A DNA stretch of 64,000 nt, from assembly GCA_036398095.1 (NCBI GenBank), contig DASWHR010000127.1, positions 1,995 to 65,994 on the forward strand. Direction: 5' to 3'. This stretch comes from Actinomycetota bacterium (GTDB lineage: Bacteria; Actinomycetota; AC-67). This document shows, piece after piece, positions 61,788-64,000 of this stretch (the first letter of the stretch is position 1; each line of letters starts with the position of its first letter). The notes under the pieces were generated by a model. It did no database searches. It saw only the letters and a program-made list of their open reading frames with translations, and had not been told where the DNA came from. Both the position numbers and the translations under genes were made by a program.

Positions 61788-64000
61788 ACACCGGCTTGAT
61801 GTCGAAATAGTCGCGCGCGCGGACCGCCTCGGTGAACGAGCGGGCGATGCGGCCGCGAAGCCGGAAGTCGACGACCGCGCTGTACCGGCTGTCGAACCAG
61901 ACCACGCCCTTGACGAGCGGATAGTCGCGAAGCTCCTCGAGCGTCTCGCGCACCCATTGGGCGGCGTCGCCGCCGACGTCGACGGTGCCGATCTCGGAGA
62001 TCAAGATTGGCTTGCGGAACTGATACATCTCGATATAGGTGTCGCGGAACACGTCCCCGAAGGTGCGCCACGCGTTCCACCGGTGCGAGTCGCCCCAGTT
62101 GAAGCCGGTCGCCGACACCCAGTCGACGTACTCGTCTCCCGGATAGTAGCGTTCGATGTCGCGGAAGTCGCCGGTCATGCCGGCGAACGCGTTGACGGTC
62201 CAGACCCAGGTCACGTTGGTCGCGCCCTCGGCGACGAAGATATCGTGGACATGCCGCCACGCCGTCACGTAGGAGTCCGGCGTGTTCCCGTTGGTGCGTA
62301 TCGACCACGGATACCAGTTGCCGTTCATCTCGTGCATGAACCGGATCATGAACGGACCCCGGTAGCGGGCGGCCGCTCGTGCCCAGGTGCGGATGTAGTC
62401 GTCGTACCGGCCGGAGGCGATCTGCTCGTGCGTGAAATCGGGCTGCTCTTGCGAGTGGACGCTTCCTTCCGGCTTGGCCCAGGGCTCCCAGGTGATCATC
62501 GGAACGGCCCCCTGCCTGGCGATCATGCGGATCCAATCCTCGCGGAAGCGAGGCTCGCCGGTCATCCAATGCTGATACCAGTTGGCGATCCGCGCGTCGA
62601 CGCCGCGGGCCTTGTTCCACTTCAAGACCTCGTCGCCGCTCATCAGCAGGTCCGGTGTGAACACGCCCATGTACGCCCCGGTCTCGGGCGGCGCGAGCGG
62701 ACCGATCCCGGTCCGGCGGGGCGTCGCGCGCGCCGTCGCCGACGGGACAGCGGGTTCGATGGCGCCCTGCACGCGCACGAACTCCGGCTCGACCGAGAAC
62801 TGGGGCTGCGGCACGGAGACCATCAGGACGGCGACGGCGACCAGCACCGGACCGCGCAGCGCGACCCGGCAGGCCGTGGCAATTCCTTTGCGCGCGCTCA
62901 CGGTTCCGACGAGCCCGGCGAGCACGAACACCGTCCACGCCGCCCACACGGCCGACACGCGCGAGTCGCCGCGGTCCGTCGTGAACGCCAAGAAGATCCC
63001 GCCGATCGAAAGCAGCAACACGACGAGGTGGGGCAGCAGCAGCATCGACCAGGACGGCTCGGCGACCTTCGCGTTGACGCGCATGCGGAACCGGATGCCG
63101 GTCAACGCTCGAAGGACGGCAAGCGGATACAGCGGCGCGAGGAATAGGCTCGATTGGATGCCGCGAAGGCCGCCGCGGCGGCCGCCGAGGATGAGAACGA
63201 ACGTGGCCATCGATCCGAGGTACGGGATCGCGTAGGACAGGTAGCTTCCGAGCGATTCCGGACGCATCACCGGAACCTGCCAGAGCAGGTGCAGCGCCGG
63301 GCCGAGCAAGAACAGGACGTGCAGGCACGCGATCAGGTAGTAGGCGACGGTATGGAAATAGTGGAGCCGCTGCATCGGCCGCAGGCCGCGCTTGAACAGC
63401 GGGTTGTCCCAGAACATGACCCGCAGGCTGTCGGTCGCCCATTGGAGGCGCTGCCTGACCAGCGAAGCGCCCGTCTGCGGAGCCAGTCCGACGGTGAGCG
63501 AACGCGGATGGTAGACGCTGTGCCATCCGGCCGCGTGCAACTCGTAGGTAGTGTGCAGGTCCTCGAGCAGGTTCCATTCCGAGAAGCCGCCGATCCGGTC
63601 GAGCGCCGTCCTGCGGTACAGGGCGGCGTTCCCGGTCGAAAACGCAGCGTTGGACGCGTCCTTGGCCGGCTGGAGCGAGTCGTAGAACAGGATCTCCAGG
63701 TTGCCGAGAACGTCCTTCCCGTCGACCCGGAAATCCTGGCGGGTCGAGACCAGCGCGACGCGCTCGTCGGCGAAGTACCCGAGCGTCTGGTGCGCGAAGT
63801 CGGGGTGCGCTTGATGGTCGGCGTCGATGACGGCGACGAACTCGCCTTTCGAGCGCTTGAGCGCATGGTTGAGGTTGCCGGCCTTGCGCCGCGAACCGGT
63901 GGTGCGGCGCAGCACCGGAACGGCGTAGCGGCGGCCGAGCTTCTCGATGTCGCGCCAGCCTTCCTTGCCGGCAATGTAGCCGTCGTTGAGCAGGTACGTG
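61711..64000 (-). CDS. processive GT2 glycan synthase fused through a TM region to a C-terminal GH26 domain, 5' partial
   Basis: The frame is open to the window edge. GT2 motifs: IDADH, TGNAALYRR, QRLQWA (Q-x-x-RW). About 6 TM segments follow, and then the GH26 motifs FMHEMNGNWYPW, WVWTV and SEIGT. Confidence 0.85.
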   Translation of the reverse strand, partial: TYLLNDGYIAGKEGWRDIEKLGRRYAVPVLRRTTGSRRKAGNLNHALKRSKGEFVAVIDADHQAHPDFAHQTLGYFADERVALVSTRQDFRVDGKDVLGNLEILFYDSLQPAKDASNAAFSTGNAALYRRTALDRIGGFSEWNLLEDLHTTYELHAAGWHSVYHPRSLTVGLAPQTGASLVRQRLQWATDSLRVMFWDNPLFKRGLRPMQRLHYFHTVAYYLIACLHVLFLLGPALHLLWQVPVMRPESLGSYLSYAIPYLGSMATFVLILGGRRGGLRGIQSSLFLAPLYPLAVLRALTGIRFRMRVNAKVAEPSWSMLLLPHLVVLLLSIGGIFLAFTTDRGDSRVSAVWAAWTVFVLAGLVGTVSARKGIATACRVALRGPVLVAVAVLMVSVPQPQFSVEPEFVRVQGAIEPAVPSATARATPRRTGIGPLAPPETGAYMGVFTPDLLMSGDEVLKWNKARGVDARIANWYQHWMTGEPRFREDWIRMIARQGAVPMITWEPWAKPEGSVHSQEQPDFTHEQIASGRYDDYIRTWARAAARYRGPFMIRFMHEMNGNWYPWSIRTNGNTPDSYVTAWRHVHDIFVAEGATNVTWVWTVNAFAGMTGDFRDIERYYPGDEYVDWVSATGFNWGDSHRWNAWRTFGDVFRDTYIEMYQFRKPILISEIGTVDVGGDAAQWVRETLEELRDYPLVKGVVWFDSRYSAVVDFRLRGRIARSFTEAVRARDYFDIKPVFNEPPAPPPSRSVPPPGWLLSNRTP

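Noticed and set aside
1-64000. tRNA, rRNA, tmRNA genes and CRISPR arrays.
   Set aside because: I found no T-loop/acceptor-like GGTTCGAATCC-type signatures, no rRNA-like low-GC structured blocks, and no regularly spaced direct repeats with unique spacers while reading the sequence.

Overview
Very GC-rich (about 70% by eye) chromosomal segment from an actinobacterium. Lineage markers present: a WhiB regulator next to a PdtaS-type kinase, SigH/RsrA, BldC, ClpS-DUF2017 and a DUF222-HNH protein. I support about 70 protein genes. I saw no rRNA, tRNA or CRISPR array. Content from left to right: (1) a glycosylation-type cluster (epimerase, polytopic membrane protein, GT2, DUF2064) translationally coupled to a membrane molybdoenzyme; (2) an orphan response regulator; (3) an operon of surface and secreted proteins; (4) lipid kinase and GDPD; (5) whiB-pdtaS; (6) an ECF sigma pair; (7) a split acyl-CoA carboxylase / enoyl-CoA hydratase cluster interrupted by a 1285-aa Ig-repeat protein and clpS; (8) bldC followed by a 0.65-kb low-GC spacer and two HD-GYP genes; (9) sigH-rsrA; (10) cell-wall and nuclease enzymes; (11) five type II toxin-antitoxin modules (2x MazEF-like, VapBC, RES-Xre, plus RHH partners); (12) GH92; (13) a PAS-GGDEF-EAL protein; (14) a secreted metalloprotease plus a 1486-aa repeat adhesin; (15) a GT2-TM-GH26 glycan synthase next to a second GH26. 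The most interesting items are ones the ORF track cannot show. First, a SelW/Rdx-family selenoprotein gene with an in-frame UGA and a SECIS-like hairpin (13980-14213). Second, a possible second UGA-recoded gene (48403-49215). Third, an IS630-type MITE-like insertion sitting exactly on a CTAG shared by two convergent stop codons (36584-36699). Fourth, non-canonical starts: CTG for a RES toxin and ATC for an M23 peptidase. Fifth, two unlisted small ORFs: a 34-aa signal-peptide ORF upstream of the HD-GYP pair and a 46-aa Cys-rich ORF behind the orphan response regulator. All family assignments come from motif recognition by eye. No database search was run.
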